From Massalongia carnosa (lineage: Eukaryota): a stretch of DNA of 64,000 nt. Every line of letters begins with the position of its first letter. Position 1 is the first letter of the stretch. Made by a program: the position numbers and the translations under genes. The stretch is from NCBI GenBank assembly GCA_965645245.1, contig OZ287080.1, forward strand, positions 1,736,001-1,800,000. The letters run 5' to 3'. Below, one piece after another: positions 24,045 to 35,459 of this stretch. The notes under the pieces are model-generated. The model worked only from the letters and a program-made list of their open reading frames with translations. It did no database searches and was not told the origin of the DNA.

Positions 24045-25691
24045 CTAGGCTTTTCCCGCCTCAGATTCCGCTCCCGAATCTGTTTCTACTGTTCTCATGG
24101 TGCTCAAATTCTTGTCCCTGTATTGAGGACAAATGGTATCGTTTCCTCGATGTCCTGATCCCCTGCATGCCCAGCATCGGCGTTGACGGGAGAGGGACTC
24201 GCGCTCGTCGTCCTTCAGCTTCTTTGGGTTTGAGTCTGGATCATACCAGGTGCCTACCCAACCGGCCGGTTTGAATATCGTTGGCATCAGTTTCGCATTC
24301 GGCCGATCATCAGATTTCTTGGAGCTGGTTTGATTGATGGAGGATGAGGCGGACTTTCCGCCGGAGGACTGGGTTGAGGATTGTCCGCTGGAGAAGTTGC
24401 TTCGTTGGCTGGAATTCTTCGTTGCGGCTGGTTTATCGGGACGAGGAAAGTGGTGCGCCACATCTTTGCGGCGGTCTTCGATTCTTCGTGCTTCGTCAAG
24501 TAAAGGGCGGAAATCAGTAAAGACTGAACCCATAAGAGAGTTGGAGATGCTAGGCTTTAACGTCACGAGGAACTTCTCAATTCGCTCGTCAACGGGAGTT
24601 TTGGCTTTCTGCCATAGCTTGAAGATTCGGTGATAATACTCGCTGACGCTTTCGCCCCCTTTCATGGTGACGGTGAGGAGTTCTTTCTTGGCGTCGCGAC
24701 TCTGGAGGTGAATGCCCATATAGTGCTCTATCTCTTCGAATAAAGCGTCGGCCGATAGTGAGTCTCCCATATCCACTATCCAAGAGTGCATAGCCCCGAA
24801 GATCGGCGCTTCCATTTGAGACAGCGCGTAACCGACCTTTTCGTTCTCATCGGCGTAGAGGGGTGCGTCTGTCTTCAGTTTATTGCGGACGGAGTACGCC
24901 CAAGGACTATACTCCTCCGAGTCCTCACCTTTAAGTGGCTTGCTAGGGTTTATACCACGGGGTCGCCAATTCTGGGGGTTGGTGTTGGTGCTTCGGGTAG
25001 TAACGGTATCTTCTCGTTGATGACGTGGTGTTTCCCGTGTTTCCGCTAACTGGCGGACCAGGGAGTCTATGTCTTTCTGTAATCTCTCTTTTGCTATAGT
25101 CATTGCCTTTAATTCGATATCTCTATGCGATAGTTCTTCTTGCGCGAGAAGGGCCTCTCGTTCGGCATCGTCTTTTTCCGTGATGAGACGTTCATGTACT
25201 TGTTTGTAACGTCTGTTGATCTTTTTGACCTCGCCAAGCTTCTCCAGGTCGCCCTGCAAGGAGATGTATTTGTTGAATAGGGTCTTGTCGTATTCGAGCG
25301 CTCTCGCGAGGAAGTCATACCATCGGGGTCCTTCTTTCTCGTCTCGCAAGATGCTCTGCAATTCCTTCAAATTGTGTGCTGCAACGTGGGACGGATGTTC
25401 CGCGGCTTCCTTCTCGTAATATGGATGATCGGAGACATCGATCTTCTGAAAAAACTTCTTTTCTTTTTCACGTCCTGCTCTTGGGGTTTTTTCCCACGTC
25501 CCCTCCGTGGTTTCTTTAATCTGTTCGTTCTGAAGTAATTCGGAGTCTTCAAACGTTCCCGGCATGCTGCTATCCGAGCGAGACGAATGATGGGAGACGG
25601 AACGAGCACGGGTGTTAAATGCTGGGCCGGTCTGGGCCTCTGCGGGAGGGGCTACGGCCTTTCTCGCCGTCATGGGCGTTTTTGAGCTCAT
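24045..25691 (-). CDS. gag: Gag of element B
   Basis: 548-aa ORF with a coiled coil, 'MKGGESVSEYYHRI' and zinc knuckle CWACRGSGHRGNDTIC. Ends at the GGGAAAAGCCTAG frameshift site. Confidence 0.9.
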   Translation of the reverse strand: MSSKTPMTARKAVAPPAEAQTGPAFNTRARSVSHHSSRSDSSMPGTFEDSELLQNEQIKETTEGTWEKTPRAGREKEKKFFQKIDVSDHPYYEKEAAEHPSHVAAHNLKELQSILRDEKEGPRWYDFLARALEYDKTLFNKYISLQGDLEKLGEVKKINRRYKQVHERLITEKDDAEREALLAQEELSHRDIELKAMTIAKERLQKDIDSLVRQLAETRETPRHQREDTVTTRSTNTNPQNWRPRGINPSKPLKGEDSEEYSPWAYSVRNKLKTDAPLYADENEKVGYALSQMEAPIFGAMHSWIVDMGDSLSADALFEEIEHYMGIHLQSRDAKKELLTVTMKGGESVSEYYHRIFKLWQKAKTPVDERIEKFLVTLKPSISNSLMGSVFTDFRPLLDEARRIEDRRKDVAHHFPRPDKPAATKNSSQRSNFSSGQSSTQSSGGKSASSSINQTSSKKSDDRPNAKLMPTIFKPAGWVGTWYDPDSNPKKLKDDERESLSRQRRCWACRGSGHRGNDTICPQYRDKNLSTMRTVETDSGAESEAGKA

Positions 25692-27741
25692 GACTGGATT
25701 CTGAAAATGGGATAGCTTGATTCCCTGATTCTAAAAGTTCTGGAAGTTCTGGAATTTGGATCGGTTTGGATTCGCACAAACGATCAGTCTGGAAAGTTAC
25801 TGGAACGGGTTTTCACCCTATATGGAAGAAAGTTGCTGGAACGGGACCTCGTCCCTACTGAAAGTTCTGGAAGAAAGAATACTAATAGGTAGATAAATTG
25901 TGTAAGGAAGCTGTCGTCGATTCTAATCAACCGCTATTAAACTAAAATTTATCTACAAAAGAAGAAAAGAAACATTGTGCGCGACTCGCTAGAAATATCT
26001 GCACCGAGTGTCGCGCTAGCCTCGCGTGCTCGCGTGCTCCCCCCTTCCATCTCAGCCTTATGTCAGGCTAGGACCCTGACAGTCTCTTAGGTAGCTGACT
26101 ACTATTCGTCTTCCCTGGATAGTGGTTCTTACAAGATTTGTCTTTCGATTGTTCTTTTCTTCTTCATCTTGATTGTTTTCGTTTCTAGTGTCCCTATAGA
26201 CTAGTTCTAGGTAGACCATAACACTCGCGTGCCGGGTGATAACCGGGTATTTCTATAAATAGTATATTTAGAAAAAGTAATATAACTTTAATTAATTAAA
26301 CGTTTTAATATTCTAAATTAAGAGTTATTTTTCGGAATTTATTATTTGTTTAACCGGAGTCGGAACAATTACTGAACATAATTGAAGAGGCAAATTTATT
26401 ATGTAACTAGCAGGTGCCCAGTCACTCCATGACATGACATGTCACGGAGTGACTGGGAACCTACCAGTTAGTTCATTGAACCAACCTTAGCTGCTTGAAC
26501 GAAGCACTAGCCGGCTAGCCGATCCGAAAGGAACTAAGCTTAATCCGGTTCAGTTAGGGCAAAGGTAAGCGTTCCGGTTGTCATGGCGATAGTGTTGTGG
26601 AGGGGTGGAGTGGACCTCCATCAGATGGCCAGATGACAGGTGTGATAACCGTACGCGAGGGTCAGTGCTACCGAACTGTAACGGTTCGACCAAGCGTGGT
26701 GCGGACGGCAGGACCTACAGCGAACATAGCAGGAGTCCCAGTTATAGTAGAATAGAGCTTGGTCTGCGGACTAAGTATTGTGCCTTTTGGTCGGGAAGTG
26801 TAATGGGCTACGAGACCAGTAAGCTTATCACGAGCGACACTGATCTCGAAAGGGGAAATGCTCAGCATGGGAGGTGGAAGATAGCTACTACGTGCTGGTC
26901 TCCGAGAGTATATGTGATCCAAAGAACTAATGGATGTGGAAGTGCTTAGACCAAGAGATCTCGTCCGAGACCCAAACGTAGGCTGTTCATAGAATAAAGA
27001 CTAATTGCTAACGAATATTACAGGATTCGTTCTGGTATTTATCCTACTCACCCCAAGGCTATAGCCTTGGGAGCCTTGGAACCTTAGGAGCCTTGCAACC
27101 CACTTCTGACCTTATCGCCTTACATCTAACAATCCATCAGGATCAATCTACGAACTCGGCGTTCGCTGGATCATCTAGTCAGCCTCGAGCAGCCTTCTAG
27201 ACCTTCCCTTGCAAGGTAGAACACTTCTACCTCCGGCTAGATCCCTCACTACATTGCTAGCCCGCCTCTAAACATAAAGTCTAGACGCCGAGGCTATGTA
27301 GCTTCATTTCGCCGTCACCACTACCAACGTAGCGATGGAAGGTTACCTCCGACTGAATCTCTATTTACACTGCGGACCTGCCCCTAGACACAAGGTCTAG
27401 ACCACAAGGTCATGTAGGTTCATTCAGCCGACATTACTACCAACGTAACAATAAAGGTGGAAGCTGAAGTTTACACCAGGAGGCCGAGCTCAAGCTGCGT
27501 CCAGCTAGCCGTGCCTCCTGCTACAACTCTTGATCCATCAAGAGATCGAGTAGCTCCGAGTAGGCCAGTAGATCCCATATAGAGTTCACGGCTTCTCCAC
27601 AGGAGTTCGCCTTACTCCATGGCAATCTACCACCACGGCCTCGACAGGTGTTTGATCTGTAAGCAGTCTAGAACGTAGGATTCGGAGTTGTGTGGCAAGG
27701 TGGCGTCGTGTCAACCTCGACGGCTGTGCGACTAAGTACTA

Positions 27742-29930
27742 CGGGATTTCCCGGTGAAACGCCGAACCCGGTGAGAACGCCGAAATTTCTAAATTTCGGC
27801 ACTTTGCTATTTTTTGCTACCATGCGACAACCACCACGATTGATACACTGAAGCTTTGGTAAAATGTACATAGAAGGTGTCCAATTTGATGTATAGAAAA
27901 AAAGTTCTATTCGCCAAAATGATTTGGCTTTCGCACCTCTCTCCCCCTAGATGTACGAGAAATTATCATTTCCACTCCACCAACCACCTCGACATCATCA
28001 CTTTGCTCCTGGGACTGCTTTCGACACTTTGGCACCTGCTTTGGCCCTGTAGATGTCGATTTCAACCTCATCGATAATTTAGAAGGCTTAGTACTTGCGT
28101 TTTTCAATTCGTTTTGGGCCTGCTTTTCGACCGCTTTAGCCTGCCTACCCTCCTCGATCAATCGTTTTTTTTCTATAGCAACTAGGGCCCGTTCTTGCTT
28201 TTCTTTTTCCTTCAGCGACTTGTTAAAAACTAATTGTGCCCGTTTTTCAGCGAGATCCTGTTGCCGTCGTGTCTTTTCGTCATCTTTTGAAGCCTGATAG
28301 ACTCTGGCCGCTGCCACCCTACCCGGACTGAAAAATTGAGGCCCAGAATCTTCTTCACCTAACAAATTCAGGCGTTTACCACGGTTTCGTCGTTTCTTTT
28401 TCTCTTTAAGTGCCTCGCATAGGCCCCTAATTACGTGTTGATCAATAGAACGATTAGCTGCGAGACGCTCATTTGAGCAAATATCTTGGACAACAAAACT
28501 CTATTTGGCTCTTTTACGTAGGCTTTTTGTATGCGACGAACCGCCCGTCCCGTCATAGGTGTCTTGGGTGCTTGTGTGATGTTAGGTTCCTCCTCTGGTG
28601 AAGGCGATTTGGTGATTTTGTCTAGTAGGATGTTTGGATTGTACGGCCATATGCCTGTCTTCTCAAACCCAGAGATTATGTTCTTTTCATTGAAGGCCTT
28701 CTGCCAGGCAGGCCAAAAAACACCCCAGAAGACTCTTTTTGATATGTTCACTGTGCCCAATGAGTTAAACATCATATCATTGAGACCATTCGTATAATAC
28801 CGGGCCAGGGGGGCAAACAATGAAACATCTAGGGGTTGCAACCAGTGCCTAGTATGCGATGGTAGAATCATCAATAGAATTCGTAGTTCATCGCATTTAT
28901 TGATGAATTTCATATTGACGTGGCTAGAATGACCATCCGCCACCAGCAACCGCCTTCTATGCCCCATATGCTTCGTACATCGTTCAAAAACACGCTCAAG
29001 CCAGTTCAGACCAAGCAGGTCATAACTCCATCCATTGGAGGAGACCGCGAAGAAAGCTTGCTGATCTACACTCCAATCTTCTAACCATGTATCCTGAAGT
29101 TTCTTTGAATCGCCTCTATAGATCAGCGCGGGTGGTAAAGCGGTACCGTTTGCGCATATGCAAGCCAGTAGACTAATGAATTCACAACTTCCATCTTGAC
29201 TCGCATAGGTTATGCGCCCCGATTCTAGAGCTTCAAGAGTCATTTTTCGCTTTACGGCAGAGGCCATGCCAATTAAAAAGCCCTTTTCGTCCCAATTATA
29301 GAAGTTATCTGCTGTGATGTTATATTTTTCGATGCCCGCGATCAACTAGAAGAAATGTTGACTATTAGGCACAAATGCGACGCAATTAGGGGCAGTTATA
29401 TTGTCAAAACTAAGGACCTGATCATAGAATTGCTTGAATGTAGGTGCATACTCAGACTTTATGCGTAGACTGTCCATGTTGCGTAAAATATAGACTTTTA
29501 AGTCTATCTTGATTTCGCTTAGTGAATTCTCCCGCCCAGTTCCTACCTACTGACGACTTGATCATTTCTTCTGCCAAATTGCGCACAATTGTAGGGGTAG
29601 GAGGTATTCCTCTGTCGGTTAATCGATTCATTTGTGAGATTAGAGCCTCTTCTTGGACCGTTGTGAGGCGTTGCTTATGTGTGGATGAAGCCTCCCGTCG
29701 GGAGACCGATTGGCCTTTCCATCGCCGCCGAAGAGTACTTTCGACTAGGCCAAATTTCTTAGCAGTTGCAAGTATATATGGTCGCTCTTGCGATTCTAAA
29801 TTAGCAATTGCTTGGTCAATTGGCGTGGTGGTGGTAGTGTTATTCATGGTTGAAGAGGGTAAGGTGGTGCGGAGTAATTTTCTAAAATTCGGCGTTGTCA
29901 CCGGGTTCGGCGTTTCACCGGGAAATCCCG
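27742..29930 (-). mobile_element. pogo/Fot1 DNA transposon
   Basis: ~42-bp TIRs CGGGATTTCCCGGTGAAACGCCGAACCCGGTGA(G/C)AACGCCGAA, with TA TSD at 27740-27741 and 29931-29932. Confidence 0.93.
27907..29848 (-). pseudogene. pogo/Fot1 transposase, frameshifted
   Basis: HTH 'ATAKKFGLVESTLRRRW', CENP-B-like region, and DDE_1 motifs NWDEKGF, DGHSSH and QPLDV, split over three frames. Confidence 0.88.
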
Positions 29931-30069
29931 TACGGCCTGGCTCATGCTAGTTAATCCCGCAACCGCCGTAGGCGATCACGTATCCTTCTAGCGCCATCCG
30001 TATTTACAGGAAGGACAGGTGGCGCTATGGTAGAAATCTATTCTATTCACTATCTCGCTTCGTCACAGA

Positions 30070-30175
30070 ATACTTAGTCATCGGTGTACTAGTCGTGAGT
30101 TCGATTCCTGAATAAGTCTACAGAACATAATTACATGTTCTGGAGTTTGTCTGTGCCAGCCACATGGGCAGATCA
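30070..30175 (-). mobile_element. Fragment of a non-LTR (Tad1-like) retrotransposon ORF2 zinc finger
   Basis: Translates as 'CPCGWHRQTPEHVIMFC', the typical LINE C-terminal CCHC motif. Confidence 0.5.
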
Positions 30176-30183
30176 AAAATTTA

Positions 30184-32789
30184 GGGAACGGATAACAGGA
30201 CACCACTTTGGTTAGATAAACACCACCTCCGGTTAGGTAAACACCGCTAGCCCAGGTAGGGTAGATTCCTCGGCCCCGCCCGCCTCTTTCCCTTTTAGGT
30301 CTAGCGGTTGAAACTCCCACATTCTACCTGCACCTCATCCTTGCACTCATATTTCACATTTGATCTGCAGGCACCCTGCCGCCGCCACGTCGTCATGCCG
30401 CTTCGACCTCCCGAAGACACTAGAAGACCTGTTGCTTAGAGTCAATGAGCATGCCGCCCCCGAAGGCTACGCCGTGGTGCTTCTTCGAACCAAGAAAACC
30501 AAGCAGGGAGTGAGAAATAAAGCTTGGTTAAAATGCGACCGAGGTGGAAAAGTCAGAGAACCGCAGGGTCAGGATCGTCGGCACACCAGCAGTCGACTAA
30601 TTGCTTGTCCATTTGCCCTGACAGCCAAAATGGACGACGATGTGTGGTTTTTGGAGGTGGTAAATGGGACACACAATCCTCCGTCCAGTCTTGCTGGCTC
30701 TCATCCTGCCTAGAGAAAAATCGCTCTGACCGGTGTAAAGGATGACGTTACCAGACAGTTAACAGTACAAACGTCGGCGTCAAAGGTTTTGTCTAGTCTG
30801 CGTGTTCCCGATGTGGATGCAGATCTCAGTCCTCATGATCCCAATGCCGAGATCATTGTGAATCCGATGTTTAAATCTCGGGACATCTACAACTTAAAGG
30901 CGCAGATGAGACGTGATGTCTTGGGACCATTGACTCCTATTCAGGCATTGATTCGTGAGTTTGACGAAAAGGATTGGGTGTACAACTTTCAACAAGACAT
31001 TCATCAGCAGATTACGCATCTCTTCTTCATCAAGGGCAGTTCCCAAACTCTTCTGATAGATAATCATGAAGTTCTCATTATGGATTGCACGTACAAGACC
31101 AATCGATACAAAATGCTTCTTCTCGTCATCAGCGGACAAACCGCGCTACATACTACCTTTTATGTCGCCTTTTGCTTTCTGATCACGGAGACAGCAGAGG
31201 ACTACATCTGGGCTTCACAGCAATTGAAGGAGGTGTATTCTCGATTGGAACTTCCTGATTCAATTATTCTCGTGTCCGACATGGAGAAAGGATTAATGTT
31301 GGCATCTTCCATAGTCTTTCCAAATAGCAATCATTTGCTATGCATCTGGCACATCAATCAGAATGTGTTGAAAAAGTGCAAAAAATCTTTCGACAATGAG
31401 GAATGGAAGATCTTTTTGTCAGATTGGAAATCAGTGATCTATGCAGCAACCGAGCCTCAATTTTGGAAGCTATGGGAGCAGTTTTCTGCTACCTATATGA
31501 CTTCTCATGAAGATTGTATTCGATATTTGAAGTCCACATACATTGATAATCATCGCGATCGCTTCGTGGCATGCTACACCAACAAGGTGCTGCATTTTGA
31601 GACAACGGTAACGTCGCGAGGGGAAGGCGCACATGCAGTATTAAAACGTCAATTAGGATCATCGACCGGAGATTTGAAGCTGGTAGTTGACGGCATTAAT
31701 CTGCTACTAACAAATCAGTATCATGATCATCTGATTGCTTTTGAAGAAGCCAGAACACGTTTTCCACTTCATCTTCGCAAAGTTATCTTTCAGCAACTGA
31801 GAGCATTTATCAGTCCCTATGCCCTGAAAAAGATTCTACACCAATACGAGTTATTAACAGGAAGACCGACTGTTATTCCAGCTTGTACCAACGTCTTCAC
31901 TACCATCACCGGCTTGCCTTGTAGTCATCTGATTCAGCAACGATTATTCGAGAATGAAGGAAGTCTGAAATTGGAAGATGTGCACCCGCATTGGAAGTAG
32001 GTTATTGTCATCTGATCGATGGTCAGCGATCAGTTACTAACAACAGTTCAAGGTTGGAAAAGCGCGCCCCTCCGATTGCTTTGATTAATCCTCTTCTTCA
32101 AGTGAGGGAACCGGAGATAGTCCGACCTCGTGGTCGCCCTCAGGGAGCGGAAAACAGACGAGCGGAGGCATTTGACAATTCCACTCATCGATTACCATCT
32201 CAATTCGAACGGGTTGAAATGGAAACAGCTGATGCAATAGCTCCGGAGGTGGAACGAGCTATTCATCGAGCCAATACTACACCAGGCAGGGTAGGACGTC
32301 GGGGGCTAGGGCGAGGGCGAGGACGAGGGGGAGGGAGAGGAGGGGGAGGGGGATTGGTGAAAGAGCTGAGACAAACACAAGGACTGGCCGAGCTAGGGCT
32401 AGGGCTAGTCGAGGCAGAGCTGGTCGAGGAAGGGGAGACGGGATTGGCGGGGATGCAGCAGATGAAATAGGCAGGGATGCAGCGAATGCGGCTCCAATCA
32501 ACTGATTTGCATTACTAAGCTTCAAATAAAGGGTGCGATTCATGAAGACAGTGCCAATCGACAAATCCAATGTCTAGTAATCGATGGTTGACAGCTTTAC
32601 AAAGCAAGAAGTGAAATATTAGTGAATTGAATTTTTTCTTAAGGTGTCAATGTTGGGATGTGGACTGCTAGACCTAAAATAGGAAGAAGGCGGGCGGGGC
32701 CGAGGAATCTACCCTACCTGGGCTAGCGGTGTTTAGCTAACCGGAGGTGGTGTTTATCTAACCAAAGTGGTGTCCTGTTATCCGTTCCC
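30184..32789 (+). mobile_element. Mutator-like (MULE) DNA transposon 2
   Basis: TIRs GGGAACGGATAACAGGACACCACTTTGGTTAG... at both ends. 8-bp TSD AAAATTTA at 30176-30183 and 32790-32797. Confidence 0.93.
30395..32470 (+). pseudogene. MULE transposase (paralog of 7959-10022) with a frameshift and a stop at 30711-30713
   Basis: Same motifs (MDCTYKTNRY, LCIWH, TGLPCSH, EDVHPHW), same intron position, RG-rich tail. Confidence 0.88.
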
Positions 32790-33320
32790 AAAATTTAATA
32801 TCTTAAATATAAATTACGGGTATGGGTACGCTTAGTTGTACCCGTACCCGGGTAACTACGGGTACGCTGATAAAATACCCGGGTACGGCGGGTTTACTAC
32901 AGTGGGTATTAACCGTTGTTACAGTGGCCTCAGTATATTGTTTTAGGAAGTTAATGACTGCGATTGCTCGATCAAATCGGCTTGCATTCTAAGAAGTTAT
33001 GATAAAATCGCCATCATCTCTTCTCAATTCGCCTCAATACTAACGTATTTGCAGCCTACAAAAAGGATGTGTGAATCACGCCCAAGCCAGCGAACCGTGG
33101 TGCATATGTATACACCGCTGCGGAGGGTCGGAGCAAAATTTGACTGGCTGGCCAACTATCCCTTTAAAATATTCGTATCATACACCACGTGATCAAGTCA
33201 CGACTTTCAATACTTCCCCGACGATTGGTTGAGAATTTTTGTAATGCAGGACTCTCATGGGATCTTTTCTTGGCTTGGCCTCCTTTCCGCGTCAATCGAA
33301 CATCCTTCTATATTTCCCGC

Positions 33321-34752
33321 ATGTCATTGCATGCTCAAATGGCCCCCTCATACAGCGCGGAGATTGCAGCTATTGTTGATAAAACAAGGCATGCCATCCT
33401 CTCTAAAATCAACACTACGACGGTTTCTGAACGTCAAGGCAAATCCCTCAAGGATCCTGGTGTCCAAGCTCGAATGTGGGTGAGCCGGGTGGTACTGGCA
33501 GCGCCGCAACCTGAAAACGGTGATGCCTGTCAAAGGATTTGCGATGCCATCTCGTATCTTGGAAAGGGAAACGAAGAGTACAAGGTACCGGCAATGCTAG
33601 ACGTGGCGGCGGAGTGGACGGGATATCGACCTAGAGTTGATGACAATGCTCCCGAACCATCGATTTCGGAAGTGGAGAAATTTAATGGTCTAATGAGAGA
33701 TGTGGAAAACCAAATTACAATCCTTTACCTCCACGGAGGAGCGTTCTTGTGAGACCTTGTTTCAGTGCTCGCTGCCCACTGACCACTGACCGTTCGCTTG
33801 TCACAGCCTTAACAGCCCTGCGTCTTACCGCAATATTACTGTCAAGTTGGCAGAACTTACCAAAAGCCGCTGTTTCGCTGTTCGCTATAGACTTGCACCA
33901 CAAAATGCCTTTCCAGCGGCCTTGCTAGATACCTTTGTTGCCTATCTATCCCTTCTCTACCCTCCTCCGGATTCGATTCATTCATCCGTCGCTGCTTCTT
34001 CGATCATTCTTGCAGGTGATAGTTCAGGTGCGACCCTCGCTCTTGGTCTTGTCCAAGTTATACTTGCGTTGCAGCGCATTCAATGTATCCCAACTCCAAT
34101 GGTATGCTTTCATGGACAGAACGTTGCTATTCCTATGCCAGCTGGTGCTACACTGCAATCCCTTTGTGCAGATCAAACCTTCTCATCACTCCCTTCCTGG
34201 TCTCGCAATGCATGTTTCGATATATTGCAGAACGATAATCCCGTCCTACGCCCAGACTATCCTAGTTGTCCCATCTGGCCCTCTATTCCTCCGCGCGGCG
34301 ATCTATATTGCGAGACGAGCATGATTTGCCATCCACTGGTTTCGCCTGCCACGGCCCTGGATTGGGCTGGCGCGCCGCCTGTGTGGTTTGCTATCGGGGA
34401 GGAGCGCATGAGTGACGGTGCGAAAGCGGTCGCACAGGCCATGGCCAATCAAGGTGTAACAGTGCAATGGGAAGAATACAAACATATGCCCCATAATTGG
34501 CCCGTGTTATTCTCGAGATTATGGCAAGCAACGCGATGTATGGGACATTGGGGAGAGGCGTGTAAGCTTTTTGCAGGAGACCGAACATCTCGCAGCAAGG
34601 GCGAGATAGTTGAATTGGATGGAAGCACAAGATCTCTCGAAGTGACACACTTGATTGAATTAAATACGGAAGCTGTCCTGGAGATAATGAAAATGAAACA
34701 GGCAAAGATGAGGACGTGGACAGGTAGACAACGAGAAAGGTCACTCATCTGA
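33321..34752 (+). CDS. Alpha/beta hydrolase (HSL/esterase family); one intron
   Basis: HGGAF oxyanion motif, YRLAPQ..FPAALLD, nucleophile GDSSG, and C-terminal 'MPHNW'. Confidence 0.88.
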
Positions 34753-35459
34753 AAGTTCGGCGATAATTGTCAGATCAGAGGAGCTTCTACGACCGAAATT
34801 CCTAAAGGCTATGAATACGTAGCGATGTGAAGCATTGGCGATTCATTGGCGATTCATCTACGAAACGTGAACAATCATTAAGGAGGGCAATAGTGTTCCT
34901 ATTCCTAGACTTATTTTCTTAAGAAGAAAGAAAGGAAAGAATTGCCAACTTCCGACCGAGCTCTGGCTGAGCTGAGGGCAGATTTCTGTCCTCTTTCATT
35001 TTTCAAGAACATAGTATAAACACTTCATCGGGCGGCTTATGATTCTACCATTTCGCGGTGAAGTCTACAGGGCTCTGATCGATCGTTTCAAGATTTGCTT
35101 CCTGTTTTCTATGATATATTGAATTCTTTGCTTATATTCAAGATACATAGAAACTTTTTCTATCATGGCTTAATTTCAAGGTATGATCACAAGCCCTCGA
35201 ACAACTACAACACTGTACTGTGTAGAAATTGAAAAATAAAGGATGAAATTATGCACTGTTAAAACTGTCAAAAGCTGTGTCTATTGAGCAATTCACAATT
35301 GAGCCTCCTTAGAAACCCAAAGAATATATCTTCGGTGAATTCTTACACAGTGTCGTGGTCCTAGTTACGAGAGTTATTATTGCTGATTTGTTACTGGTTT
35401 GTTGCGTTATCAAGGTCCCCTTGATGACTCACAGTCTCAACGTACTCGATTTGATACTA

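Larger units (their letters stand above)
19784..26081 (-). mobile_element. Full-length Ty3/Gypsy chromovirus LTR retrotransposon (element B)
   Basis: 181-bp LTRs at 19784-19964 and 25901-26081 that look identical by eye. TSD GTCTC at 19779-19783 and 26082-26086. PPT (GAAGGGGGGATAG on the minus strand) next to the 3' LTR. Confidence 0.96.
19481..26223. mobile_element. Solo LTR (19481-19783 + 26087-26223) split by element B
   Basis: TGTCAC...ATAACA ends. Near-perfect TSD CCCGC/CTCGC inside the Tc1 TIR. Contains TATAAA. Confidence 0.75.
18177..26236 (-). mobile_element. Tc1/mariner transposon with one TIR interrupted by LTR insertions
   Basis: TIR CCGGCACGCGGGGACCGAAAAAGTGGCGACACCAAAATTTTCACCCCACCAAAA at ~18178-18230. 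Its inverse runs 19434-19480 and resumes (GTGCCGG) at 26229 after the solo LTR. Confidence 0.85.
18113..32926. mobile_element. Putative non-autonomous CACTG-ended element hosting a nested TE island
   Basis: Starts CACTGTAAC at 18113 and ends GTTACAGTG at 32926. Both ends carry clusters of TACCCG/CGGGTA subterminal repeats in inverted arrangement. AT-rich remnants lie between the nested inserts. No clear TSD. Confidence 0.5.
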
